NCBI GenBank assembly: GCA_041690395.1
Contig: JAWLHJ010000001.1
Span: forward strand, 160,001 to 224,000
DNA from: Longimicrobiales bacterium
Lineage (GTDB): Bacteria > Gemmatimonadota > Gemmatimonadetes > Longimicrobiales > Gaopeijiaceae
Direction of reading: 5' to 3'
Length of the DNA: 64,000 nt
The notes below the pieces were generated by a model, which was not told where the DNA came from, made no database searches, and was given only the letters and a program-made list of their open reading frames with translations. Positions 47,590-57,324 of this stretch are shown here, in pieces; position 1 is the first letter of the stretch; each line of letters begins with the position of its first letter. The translations under genes were made by a program, and so were the position numbers.

Positions 47590-50500
47590 CGGACACCGCC
47601 TGGAAGACCGCCTGGGAAAGATCCGAGATCGAGCCACCGAACCCGGCCTGGAGTGTGCGCCGGTCTCCGAAGACCCTGTATCCGACGGTCAGGTCGACGC
47701 TGCTCCGTCCGAAGAAGCCGTTCAGGGCCGCCGCCGCCTCGGCGCTCACGACCTGGACGGGCATCGGCGGACGGGCGCAGCTCGGGCACGATTCGTACGC
47801 ATCCATCCAATCGGCGAGGTCGTCGATCAGCACCCTGTACCTATCGACCTCCGCCTGAAGGGTGTTGAACGCCAAGCGCGCGTCGTCGAGCGAGGTCCGG
47901 GCCTGGGCCACGGCCGGGTTGTCTTCGAGGTACTCACGGTTCTCGTAGACCGTCCGCGCCGCAGAGTACGCCGACCACCGGATCGTGCGTTGGGCGAGCC
48001 GCGCCGCGCGGACGTTTCGCCAGTAGTTGCGGGCCGTGCAGTATCCGGGGCTTCGCCAGCTGCACCGCGCCGCGTAATAGCGGTAGCGCGAGTCGGCCAC
48101 CCGGAAGTTGTTGTCCGCCGTGACGTACAGCGTATACGCGGCATTCATCGCCTGGCGCGAGGCCTCGGACGCCAGCCACACGGCCGCGTCCAGGCTCGCC
48201 TCGGCGGCATCCAGCGACTGCCGGGCGGCATCGAGGCTTACGGAGGCCGTCTGGAGAGACTGCTGGCCGACCGGGATCAGGCGTCCCGCCACGTCGTACG
48301 TGACCGCGTCGGTGAAGTCGGGATAGAGCGCCGCGCGTACCTGGAAGCTGGGACTGGTGAGCGCGAAGCCGGCCCGCGCGTCGAGGTGGGCGCGGAACTG
48401 GTCGAACAGGTCGAAGTCCGTGGTGAAGCCGAGGCTGTCGCGGGTCATCGACAGCGCCACGTCCCCGCTGATCGCGTCGTCGATGGTGGCGCCGCCCTCG
48501 ATGATCAGGTGCTGCGCCTCGCGGGTGAGCGCCAGGTCGAGCAGGGCGTCGTCGAACGCCACCAGCCCGATCGCCCAGGCGCCGATGTCGGCCAGGCCGG
48601 CGATACCCTCCCGGTCCACGCTGAGGTCGATCCTCCCGAACTCCGACAGCTCGCCGCCCTGGCCGGTCTGCATGAGGAAGGCGCCACGCAGGCCGATCCC
48701 GGCCTCGATCCCCAGGTCGAAGTCGGTATAGGTCGCCACCCGTACACCGAGGTCTCGAAGCGCCATGTTCGGCAGCGCCGTGATGGGGAGCGGCTCGGCC
48801 CCCTCGCCCGCGACCCGCTGAGCGAAGTCCTGTAGATCGGAGAGGGTGAGCCCCTCGTCGGTCTCGCCGAGCACCAGCGCCCCCATCGGAACGCCCGTGT
48901 AGAGGTTGAGCCGCGTTCCGAGGGCCATGCGGATGTCCTGGCTGCCGATCACGGCGTCGCCCAGGAAGCCGAGCCGCACGTTGACCGGGTTCAGCCCCAT
49001 GGCCAGTCGGATCTCGTTCAGCGTGAGCCAGTCGATGCCGAGAGGGCCCACCCACGGGTTGGCCGCCGCGAGCCCGCCTGCGATGGAGAGCTCCACGCCC
49101 GCCGGCACGACCGCGACGTTCGACTCGATGTCGAAGGTGAGCGTGTCGCCGTCGACGTCGAGCGTCATCGCACCGGCCAGCCCGACCGACGGCCTGCCGG
49201 AGATCTGCAGCGCGACCTCGCCCTCGACGAACCAGGCCGGGCTTCCGGGCGGCGCCATGGGCGGTAGCGCAGCACGCAGCGAGAGATCGCGGATGCCGCC
49301 GCCGCCGAATCCCGGGAGCGGCAGGTTGCCGGTCAACGTGAGATCGCTCCCGCCGGGGGCGAGCATGTCGACCATGTCCTTCAGCGCGCCCGCCCCGTCG
49401 AGCGGAACGAGGCCCGTGAGGTTGAGGCCGGGCGTGAGCGTGACGTCGAAGCTCCCCAGCCCGCCGAAGCCGCCTCCGCCGCCGGTCGCGCCGCCACCCG
49501 GTCCGCTGCCTTCCGAGTCTCCCGACCCTCGGCCTCCCCGGGATCCCCCGAACAGCGGGAAATAGAAGGCCCGCTCCTCCTCGGTGAGGTCGTCCGACGA
49601 GACCGTGCCCTGCCCGCGCGTGATGGTGAGCGCCGCGAGCGACAGGTTGAGCTGGTCGGTGATCGGGTCCTGGAATTCGGGCACGAGGTCGCCGAAGCTC
49701 AGGTCGGGTACCTGGACACCGAGCACCAGTTGGGGCTGCCCGTCGATGCGCGAGAAGGAGAAGAGCGCGTCGCCCGCCTTGTCGAACAGGGTGGTCGCGC
49801 CCGTGAACGACACCCCGGGACGCTCCCCGAAGCGGACCGTCAGGGTCGGCCGGTCCAGGCGGACGTCGAGCGGACCGAGCGGCGGGAGCTCCACGGCGCC
49901 GCCCGGCATGAAGCCGCTCATGAGCTCGACCACGTCCGTAGCGCCGAACCCGCCGTCGAAGGCAGCACGGAACCGTCCCTCGGGCGTCGAGGAGCCGAGC
50001 GACACCTCCACTTCAGCCTGGGCCGTCCGGGCTCCCATCTGGAATCCGCCGGAGATCCCGGCCCACGTCCGTGCCGCGTCGCCCGTGCGGAATCCGGCCT
50101 CGAGCGTTGCCTCCTGGATGCCTCCGAGGTCGAAGTCCAGCTCGGGGACCTGGACCGACCCCGGCGCCAGACTCGCGGCGAGCTCCAGCGCTTCGGACAA
50201 CGTCACCGTGCCGACATCGACCCGGAACGTCCCTTCCGCCCAGCTCCGCGGCGTGCCCGAGAGGCCGCCGACCGAGAGCGCCCGCAGCGTGGCCCGGCCG
50301 TCCCGCTCGGCCAGCACCGCTCCCGCGTCCACGCCTACCCACACGCTGTCCGCCGGCGTGTCGAAGCCGAGCTGGAGCTGCACGTCGCGCAGGTCCCCGA
50401 TGGGGAAGTCGACCTCGGGCACCGGCCAGCTCCCGGGCAACAGCGACGTCGCCCGTCCGAACGCGTCGCCGAGCGACACGTCGCCGAGGGCGAGGGTCAC

Positions 50501-53500
50501 GAGGCCGCTCCCGCCAGACGCGCCCCTGACCCGCTGGAACCCGAGGCTCGCGTCGGCGCCGACGCCGTCCAGGCTGCCCGCCCCTTCGAAGCCAGCCCAG
50601 AGGCTGTCGGGACCCGTGTCGAAGCCGGCCGTAAGCGACGCGCTCTGCAGGGTGAGCGCATCGAAGGAGTCGAAGCCGTCGGGCAGGGCCCACTCGCCGG
50701 GCAAGAGCGAGCCGATCCGGTCGATCGCCTCGCCGGCCCCGACGCTCCCCACGTCGAGCGTCATCGCGCCGGAAACGCGGTCGTCGTCCGCGAGCCGGAG
50801 GAAGTCCAGGCGCGCGTCCGCGGCCAGCCCGCCGAGGCCTCCCGCCCCGGATACCGCAGCGAATACGCTGTCTGTGCGGGTGTCGAAGCCGAGCAGGAAC
50901 TCCGCACGGTCGAGCGACACGTCGTCGAACGCGTCGAATCCCTCCGGAAGGGCCCACTCTCCGGGCAGGAGCGCAGCCACCTGGTCGAGCGCCTCGGGCA
51001 TGGTGACCGATTCACGTCCGAGCGTGACGCTTCCCGCCACGTCCGAGCCGTCCCCGAGCCTCAGGAACGTCACGTCGGTCGTGGCCGTGAAGCCCGCGCC
51101 GGCATCTCCGAGCCTCCCCGAGCCGAGCGTGCGGGCGCTCAGGCTGTCCTGCCGCGTGTCGAAGCCGAGCGCCAGCTCCGCATCGTCCAGATAGAACCCG
51201 TCCAGCGCCGTGAACCCGTCCGGGAGCGACCAGTCTCCGGGCAGCAACGCTCGGACCTCGTCGAGCACCGAGGTCATGTCCAGGGCACGTACACCCAGTG
51301 TCACCCCGCCGCGAGCGAACGCCTCGTCTGCGGTCGACACCAGCGCCAGGTCGAGCGCGCCGTCCATGCGGCCCGTGCCCTCCCCGAGGTGGGCAGTGCC
51401 GCCCAGGTCGCTCGTGAACGTCGCGGTCCGCGAGTCGAACGCGACTCCGAGCGCGGCCGAGTCCAGCACCACCGGGTCGAGCCCCGAGACGGACTCGGGC
51501 AACGTCCACTCGGCCGCGAGCAGCTCCTCGGCCCGGGCGAGCGCCTCGGGGAGCGACGCGTCACGGAGGCCGACGGCCAGACGTCCCACGGCCCACTCGT
51601 CCGCCGGAGTCCGGACCAGCGTGAGCTCCGCGGAGGCCTGGGTCTCATCGGCCTCGCCCAGGGTTCCCGCGCCGCGAACGCTCGTCGACACGCTGTCGGT
51701 GCGCGAGTCGAAGCCGAGCGCGAGCGACGCCGAATCCAGGTGGAGCGGATCCATGGACGAGAGCGCGTCCGGGATCGCCCACTCGCCCGGGAGGGCCGCG
51801 GCCGCTTCCGCCAACGCCTGGCTCATCGGCACGTCGCGGAGTTCCAGTCCCAGCGTGCCCCGCGCCCACGGCGCCTCCGGTTCCACGAAGAAGCCCACGT
51901 CGACCGAAGCCTGGAGCGCACCGGCGTCTCCCTCGAAGCTCCCGGCACCCGAGAGCTCGCCGCTCGCGGTGGCCGTGCGGGTGTCCATGGCCACCCGGGC
52001 CCGGACGCTGTCGAGCGCCACCGTGCCGACCGCCTCGAGCTGCTCCGGGACCTCCCAGTCGTTCCGGACCGCGGCAGCCACCACGTCGATCACGTCGTCG
52101 GACACCAGGTCTCGCCCGGCGACGTCCATCTCCAGCGTCACCCAGGGATCCCCGGTGGGGCGCGGCGCCCCGAACTCGACCCGGGCCGAGCCCTCGAGTG
52201 ACGCCACCGCGTCCTGCTCGCCGAGCGCGACCCGGCCGCCGTATCCGCCCCACATGCTGTCGGCCACCACATGCAGATCGAACCAGGTCGAGCCCAGCGT
52301 CCCGAGCTCGAACGGGAGGTCGTCCGGAACCGTGAGCCCGGGCAGCATCGCCGAGAGCGCCACCATGGCCTCCCGGGCGTCGAGCCCGGCCGAGAATCCG
52401 CCCGTCAGGTGGAACGCCTCGGCGTCGCCGGTCGAGAACGCCACGCTCAGGCTGTCCAGCGTGAGCTCGCTCTCCGGCACGGCCAGCCCGGCGTCGAACG
52501 CGTCGTTCAGGAACAGGGCGACGTCACGGGTCGAGAGGTTCGCGGCCCGCGCTGTGAAATCGATGCGGCGATCCTCGGCTGGCCCGCGCACATTCAGGCC
52601 GAGCGCCGCGTCGACGTTCCCGATCGCGAGGGTCGAGCCGAGCGCCACGCGCGGCCCCACCGAGCCCGCGCCGACGGCCATGTGCACCGAGTCGAGCGTC
52701 AGCCACGTGAGGCCGAACGGCTGGCTCCAGGCGCCCTCCATGAGCCCCTCGAGCGCGGCGCCGCCCCCCTCCGCGTTGGTCACGTCGGCGGACAGGTGGA
52801 AGACCTTCGGCCCCTCCAGGTCGGCCTCGACGACGGTCTCGGCGATCATGCGGATCTCCGGGTCGCCCACCAGCCGGAGCGTGCGGCCCTCGACGCGGAA
52901 CCAGTCGGGCAGCCCGATGAGTCCGTCCGGGATCGGCGGCAGCACGATGTCGATGTCCAGATCGACCGGCTCGAACGGAAGCCCGTCCAGCAGGTCGCCG
53001 ATGGAGATGCCGGGGAAGCCGCGGATCCGCGCGTCGTCGTCCCCCGGAGCAGGCTCGGGGTCGGGCGGCGGCAGGGGACCGGGCTCCGGCGTGGGCTGGA
53101 AGTCGATCAGCGATCGGACCCAATCCGCCAGATCGGACAACGAGAACACGCCCGAGATGTCGATGTCCGGCCAGTCGATTCCGCCGGAGCCGGTCCCCGG
53201 CCCGTCCGGGTCGTCAGGGTCCTCCGGGTCGTCGGGCGGGAGCGGGGCCGGCGTGGGCTCCGGACACGCAGTCGGGTCGTCGAGGCAGGGATACGCCCAC
53301 GCCAGGAAGTCGCGAGCGCGACCGCTCAGGTCCGGCCAGTGGATGCTCCAGGCCGGGCCGTTCGGCGTGGGCCCGGGCGCAGGCTCGGGGTCCAACGGCT
53401 CCGGGTCGTCGTCTTCACCGCCACCACCGCCACCACCGCCACCGCCGGATCCGCCCTCCGGGAGCCCGAGGTCGTGGGTCCACGTCATCGCGAGGCCCGG

Positions 53501-55741
53501 GAACGGGACTCCGCCGAGCGGCGTGGGCTCGAGCGCCGGGATCATGTCGCTCAGGGCCCAGTCGGACAGCCTGACCGCGGCCAGTCCCCGGGCGAATGAG
53601 CTCGGGCCGCCGCCCGTCGGCACCAACGTGTACATGAACTCGGTCCCCGCCCCCGGGAAGGGCACGGTCGCCAAAGCCGTGAACATCGGCGGATCGCCGG
53701 AGCGGATCTCCAGCGAGAGATCCCGGAACGCCTCGAAGTCGGCCGGCACGCCGTCGCCGAACGGCGATCCCCCGAGCGCGCTCTCGGAGAACGACACGAA
53801 GTCCGCCAGCGCAAGCTCCTCCAGCGATGCGGTGAACGTCGCCTGCATGCCCTCGCCGCTCCCCTCGAGCACGCCTACCAGCTCGACGGTCCGCTCGCCC
53901 AGGGGCAGATCCCCGCGAAGGACCGCGCTCGACGCCTCACCCTCTTCCACGGCGGGCGTCAGCGTCAGCCGGACATCGTGCAGCGTGAGCCAGTCGATGC
54001 CGAACGGGCCCTCGAGCGGATCGGTCATGCGCCCCGTCAGCACGGCCGGCGCGTCCCCGTCCTCGCTCAGGTCGAGGGCGAAGGTGAACGGGAAGGTCCG
54101 TTCGCCCAACTGCGCCTCGGCGCCGAGCTCCACCCGCGCGAAGAGGTCGGGCTCGTTCGTGACCCGGAGGGCGTAGCTCTGCACCGATAGCCATTCGGGG
54201 GTGTCGGCGAGGCGGGCACCCCGGAGCGTCGCGGTCAGGTCGAGCTCCGGCGCCTCCCGCTCCTCGACCGGACCGAACAGCGTAGACGGGTCGAGGCCCA
54301 CCGTTCCGCTCAACTCCGCCTCGTCCACGTCGAGGCCCAGGTTCGCCAGTGGCTCCTGGAGCGCCGTGTCACGCAGGTCGAGGACGTGCGCGAGCGCCAC
54401 GCCCACCTCCAGCTCCACCACGGGCTCGCCGTAGAAGCGCTCCACCGACGCCGGCAGCGACGCCATGTCGAGCGTCCGCACCTGGTCCGCGATGGTCAGG
54501 ATCCCGCCCGACCAATCGATCTCGTCCAGCGGCGTGCCCTCGAGCCCCGCCACCCACTCGCCCAGGTCGAACACCAGCGGCTCCAGGGCGAGCGCGAACG
54601 ACCCCGGCCCGTCGCTCCCGTCCCACTGCCCCAGGAGCAGCACGTTCACGCTGCCGAGGGGCAGGCTCGCGGTCGCCGAGATCGCTACGGTCCGGCTCAC
54701 GTCGTCGACCTCCACCGACACGTTCGACAGCGCGAGGGCGTCGAACGCGCCCACGCCGCCGATCGGCAGCGGAATGGGGATCTCCTCGTCCGGGAGCTCC
54801 TCGAGCGCGTCGCGGATACTCGTGAAGTCCGCGGTACCCAGGTCGGCCAGCGGCCCGCCCACGCCCGGCCCCGGCGGCACGATCCGGCCGTGCAGGCTCG
54901 CCCCGACTTGTTCTCCCCCGTCGTCCTCCCCCTCGCCGTCGTGCGTGAAGGTCCAGATCTCGCTCCGCCCCTGGTTGGAGGAGACGGGCAGGCCGTTCGG
55001 GTCGAGTGCCTGCACCCACCACGCGTAGCGCCTGCCGTCCTCGAGCGGCAGCGCGCCCAGCGGATACGTCAGCGACGGGTTGAAGCCGACGGCGTCCTCG
55101 AAGTGGAGAATCCCGGAGGTGAGGGCCGTATGGGGCTCCTGACCGGGCAGGAGCTCCGCGAGCTGGAAGACGTAGCGGAGGTCGAACCCGACCGGGACCT
55201 GAACCGGCGTCCACTCGAAGATCGGGTCGCCGAGCTCCACCGTATCGCCATCCATCGGGAACAGCAGGTAGGGCGGATCGGGGAAGTAGGTCGAGAAGAA
55301 CTCGCACCGGTTGTCGACGAGCATGAAGCCCGCCCCGTCCGTGACCGAGACGCAGAGCGTGTAGTCGCCCTCCGGGAAGCGCCCCGTGCGGGCGATCTGG
55401 TCCTCGATCGCCGTGTCGTAGCTGCTCGTGCCCGTCAGCGCCGAGCCCGTGTGGAACGTCTCGGGGGCACCCGCCGCGATGAAGAGCGGATCACTCCGGG
55501 ACCGGATGACCTCGCGTCCCTGACCATCCGTGAGACTCAGGCGCACGGTGACGTCGGCGTCCTGGCCCGTGCCGTTGGTCACCGTCAGCGTCGCCATCGT
55601 CGGGTTCATCTCCCAATCGCTCAGATAGGGAGAAGGGAACGGATCGACGAAGAACGTGGCGTCCCACCCCGGCGCCTGCGCACGGGCCGCCATGGGCGCC
55701 AACAGGCACCCGACGGTAAGGAGGATGGTGGGTCGCGTCAC
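47576..55741 (-). CDS. Giant (~2,720 aa) secreted beta-repeat protein of unknown function
   Basis: GTG 55741 after a GAGGA RBS; signal peptide ending ARA-Q; uninterrupted ORF with strong GC3 bias; internal repeats. Confidence 0.88.
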   Translation of the reverse strand: MTRPTILLTVGCLLAPMAARAQAPGWDATFFVDPFPSPYLSDWEMNPTMATLTVTNGTGQDADVTVRLSLTDGQGREVIRSRSDPLFIAAGAPETFHTGSALTGTSSYDTAIEDQIARTGRFPEGDYTLCVSVTDGAGFMLVDNRCEFFSTYFPDPPYLLFPMDGDTVELGDPIFEWTPVQVPVGFDLRYVFQLAELLPGQEPHTALTSGILHFEDAVGFNPSLTYPLGALPLEDGRRYAWWVQALDPNGLPVSSNQGRSEIWTFTHDGEGEDDGGEQVGASLHGRIVPPGPGVGGPLADLGTADFTSIRDALEELPDEEIPIPLPIGGVGAFDALALSNVSVEVDDVSRTVAISATASLPLGSVNVLLLGQWDGSDGPGSFALALEPLVFDLGEWVAGLEGTPLDEIDWSGGILTIADQVRTLDMASLPASVERFYGEPVVELEVGVALAHVLDLRDTALQEPLANLGLDVDEAELSGTVGLDPSTLFGPVEEREAPELDLTATLRGARLADTPEWLSVQSYALRVTNEPDLFARVELGAEAQLGERTFPFTFALDLSEDGDAPAVLTGRMTDPLEGPFGIDWLTLHDVRLTLTPAVEEGEASSAVLRGDLPLGERTVELVGVLEGSGEGMQATFTASLEELALADFVSFSESALGGSPFGDGVPADFEAFRDLSLEIRSGDPPMFTALATVPFPGAGTEFMYTLVPTGGGPSSFARGLAAVRLSDWALSDMIPALEPTPLGGVPFPGLAMTWTHDLGLPEGGSGGGGGGGGGGEDDDPEPLDPEPAPGPTPNGPAWSIHWPDLSGRARDFLAWAYPCLDDPTACPEPTPAPLPPDDPEDPDDPDGPGTGSGGIDWPDIDISGVFSLSDLADWVRSLIDFQPTPEPGPLPPPDPEPAPGDDDARIRGFPGISIGDLLDGLPFEPVDLDIDIVLPPIPDGLIGLPDWFRVEGRTLRLVGDPEIRMIAETVVEADLEGPKVFHLSADVTNAEGGGAALEGLMEGAWSQPFGLTWLTLDSVHMAVGAGSVGPRVALGSTLAIGNVDAALGLNVRGPAEDRRIDFTARAANLSTRDVALFLNDAFDAGLAVPESELTLDSLSVAFSTGDAEAFHLTGGFSAGLDAREAMVALSAMLPGLTVPDDLPFELGTLGSTWFDLHVVADSMWGGYGGRVALGEQDAVASLEGSARVEFGAPRPTGDPWVTLEMDVAGRDLVSDDVIDVVAAAVRNDWEVPEQLEAVGTVALDSVRARVAMDTRTATASGELSGAGSFEGDAGALQASVDVGFFVEPEAPWARGTLGLELRDVPMSQALAEAAAALPGEWAIPDALSSMDPLHLDSASLALGFDSRTDSVSTSVRGAGTLGEADETQASAELTLVRTPADEWAVGRLAVGLRDASLPEALARAEELLAAEWTLPESVSGLDPVVLDSAALGVAFDSRTATFTSDLGGTAHLGEGTGRMDGALDLALVSTADEAFARGGVTLGVRALDMTSVLDEVRALLPGDWSLPDGFTALDGFYLDDAELALGFDTRQDSLSARTLGSGRLGDAGAGFTATTDVTFLRLGDGSDVAGSVTLGRESVTMPEALDQVAALLPGEWALPEGFDAFDDVSLDRAEFLLGFDTRTDSVFAAVSGAGGLGGLAADARLDFLRLADDDRVSGAMTLDVGSVGAGEAIDRIGSLLPGEWALPDGFDSFDALTLQSASLTAGFDTGPDSLWAGFEGAGSLDGVGADASLGFQRVRGASGGSGLVTLALGDVSLGDAFGRATSLLPGSWPVPEVDFPIGDLRDVQLQLGFDTPADSVWVGVDAGAVLAERDGRATLRALSVGGLSGTPRSWAEGTFRVDVGTVTLSEALELAASLAPGSVQVPELDFDLGGIQEATLEAGFRTGDAARTWAGISGGFQMGARTAQAEVEVSLGSSTPEGRFRAAFDGGFGATDVVELMSGFMPGGAVELPPLGPLDVRLDRPTLTVRFGERPGVSFTGATTLFDKAGDALFSFSRIDGQPQLVLGVQVPDLSFGDLVPEFQDPITDQLNLSLAALTITRGQGTVSSDDLTEEERAFYFPLFGGSRGGRGSGDSEGSGPGGGATGGGGGFGGLGSFDVTLTPGLNLTGLVPLDGAGALKDMVDMLAPGGSDLTLTGNLPLPGFGGGGIRDLSLRAALPPMAPPGSPAWFVEGEVALQISGRPSVGLAGAMTLDVDGDTLTFDIESNVAVVPAGVELSIAGGLAAANPWVGPLGIDWLTLNEIRLAMGLNPVNVRLGFLGDAVIGSQDIRMALGTRLNLYTGVPMGALVLGETDEGLTLSDLQDFAQRVAGEGAEPLPITALPNMALRDLGVRVATYTDFDLGIEAGIGLRGAFLMQTGQGGELSEFGRIDLSVDREGIAGLADIGAWAIGLVAFDDALLDLALTREAQHLIIEGGATIDDAISGDVALSMTRDSLGFTTDFDLFDQFRAHLDARAGFALTSPSFQVRAALYPDFTDAVTYDVAGRLIPVGQQSLQTASVSLDAARQSLDAAEASLDAAVWLASEASRQAMNAAYTLYVTADNNFRVADSRYRYYAARCSWRSPGYCTARNYWRNVRAARLAQRTIRWSAYSAARTVYENREYLEDNPAVAQARTSLDDARLAFNTLQAEVDRYRVLIDDLADWMDAYESCPSCARPPMPVQVVSAEAAAALNGFFGRSSVDLTVGYRVFGDRRTLQAGFGGSISDLSQAVFQAVSDALF

Positions 55742-55938
55742 GGGGGGTCTTCCTCGGATGAAGTCGCGCGGGAAGCGACCTGGCTCGGCCAGTCCGCACC
55801 CGCTCTCATACTCCAAGGCGCAAAACGGGGAAGAATCTTGCACGCGGCGCCCCCCGACGTCGCGTGCGCCTACATTTCAACTAATAAGCGCTGCCCGTGG
55901 GTCAGTGCCAGCATTCTTTTCGTCGAGGAGGACGTGGC

Positions 55939-56658
55939 GTGGACGACGAGCGGAGGTTCGACGGAGACGAGATCGAGGCGATCCTCGACCGGGCGGTGAG
56001 CGCGAGGGAGGAGTCCGCCGCGGCGCGCCTCCCGCACGAGGGGCTGACTCTCGCCGAGCTGAAGGACGTGGGGCGCGAGGTCGGCATCCCCGCCGAGCGC
56101 ATCGAGGAAGCCGCCCGGGCGCTCGAGCGGCCGGGTCGTGTGGACCGCACGCTGGGCCTTCCGTTGTCGGTCGGCCGCACGGTGGCGCTCCAGCGCGCGC
56201 CGACCGAAGCGGAGTGGGACCATCTCGTGGCCGACCTGCGCGCCACCTTCGGCGCCACCGGGAAGGTGCACCGGGACGGTGGCCTGCGCGGCTGGACCAA
56301 CGGCAACCTGCATGCCTGGATCGAGCCGCACGGCTCGGCCTATCTCCTCCGCATGGGCACGAGCAAGGGGACCGCCCGTCAGCTCGGCGCGGTCGGGGCC
56401 GGAATGCTCGGCATGTCGGGCATCCTCGGCACGCTCACCGCCGTGGGCGCCGACGTGCCGCTCGCCGGCGCCGGGGCGCTCCTGGCCATGGGCGTCGGCA
56501 CGCTGGTGGCCGCGCTCGGTGGTGTGCCGGCGTGGGCGCGCACCCGGCTCGAGCAGATGGACGGGGTGGCGCGGCGACTCGCGACCGGCATGGCGTCTTC
56601 GGAGCCCCCGTCGGACGACCCCGCGGTGGGCGACCCCGGGGGAGACGACCCAGCGTGA
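55939..56658 (+). CDS. Hypothetical membrane protein (N-terminal LTLAELKDVGREVGI motif, 2 TM)
   Basis: GAGGAGG RBS before GTG 55939; two hydrophobic C-terminal helices. Confidence 0.75.
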   Translation: MDDERRFDGDEIEAILDRAVSAREESAAARLPHEGLTLAELKDVGREVGIPAERIEEAARALERPGRVDRTLGLPLSVGRTVALQRAPTEAEWDHLVADLRATFGATGKVHRDGGLRGWTNGNLHAWIEPHGSAYLLRMGTSKGTARQLGAVGAGMLGMSGILGTLTAVGADVPLAGAGALLAMGVGTLVAALGGVPAWARTRLEQMDGVARRLATGMASSEPPSDDPAVGDPGGDDPA

Positions 56659-56676
56659 CGACGTGCCGGGAGACCG

Positions 56677-57303
56677 TCAGGGAGTGAGCGCGTCGGCCAG
56701 CTGCGCGTCGAACCCGTGGCGAAGGTTGACCTCGCGCACCCGCGCGTCGTCGAGCACGGTCGCGTAGATCCACGTGTAGTGCCGGTTGGACGCGAGGAGT
56801 TCGCGCGCGGCGTCGTCTCCGATGAGGCTCGACACGGCCTGGAGCTCCAGGTCACATACGATCAGGTGCAGGTAGGTCGAGCGCTCGTCCCTTGCCCCGC
56901 GCCCGTTCCCGACCGGGACCTCCGGGAAGATCGCGCGGAAGTCGGCGATGGCCGCCTCCACCGCGTCCTGCCGCTCCACCGCCCACCAGTGGAACTGCTC
57001 GTGCAGGTACGTCGCCAGCAGACTGGCGTCGTCCCCTACGTACCGGGTATGAAGCGTGAGCACCGGATGGCTGTGAGGGATCTCGGTCTGGTCGATGTGG
57101 ATGCGCCGCGTCCAGGTCCAGCGCCAGGCGTCGTGCGCGTCGACGACCGTCCGGAGCTGCTCGACAGTGGCGCGCTCCGTCGGGCTATCGTGCTCGACCG
57201 TGATGTCGAGGTGGCGCGTCGGAACGGCGTCCTGAGCCTCGAGGACGGCCGGGGCCAGGACGAGCAGGGCGCCCAGCAAGACGCAGGGACCAGCCGTATT
57301 CAT
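56677..57303 (-). CDS. Secreted protein with an HExxH motif (putative zinc metallopeptidase)
   Basis: Signal peptide; YLHEQFHW; GGAG RBS. Confidence 0.7.
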   Translation of the reverse strand: MNTAGPCVLLGALLVLAPAVLEAQDAVPTRHLDITVEHDSPTERATVEQLRTVVDAHDAWRWTWTRRIHIDQTEIPHSHPVLTLHTRYVGDDASLLATYLHEQFHWWAVERQDAVEAAIADFRAIFPEVPVGNGRGARDERSTYLHLIVCDLELQAVSSLIGDDAARELLASNRHYTWIYATVLDDARVREVNLRHGFDAQLADALTP

Positions 57304-57324
57304 GGCGTTCTCCAGTGCGTGGGT

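Noticed and set aside
41583..54176. Long antisense/alternative-frame ORFs (e.g. 41583-44417, 49730-52201, 51210-54176 on +)
   Set aside because: Shadow ORFs expected in ~70% GC DNA; Arg/Ser/Pro-rich, motif-less and opposite well-supported genes.
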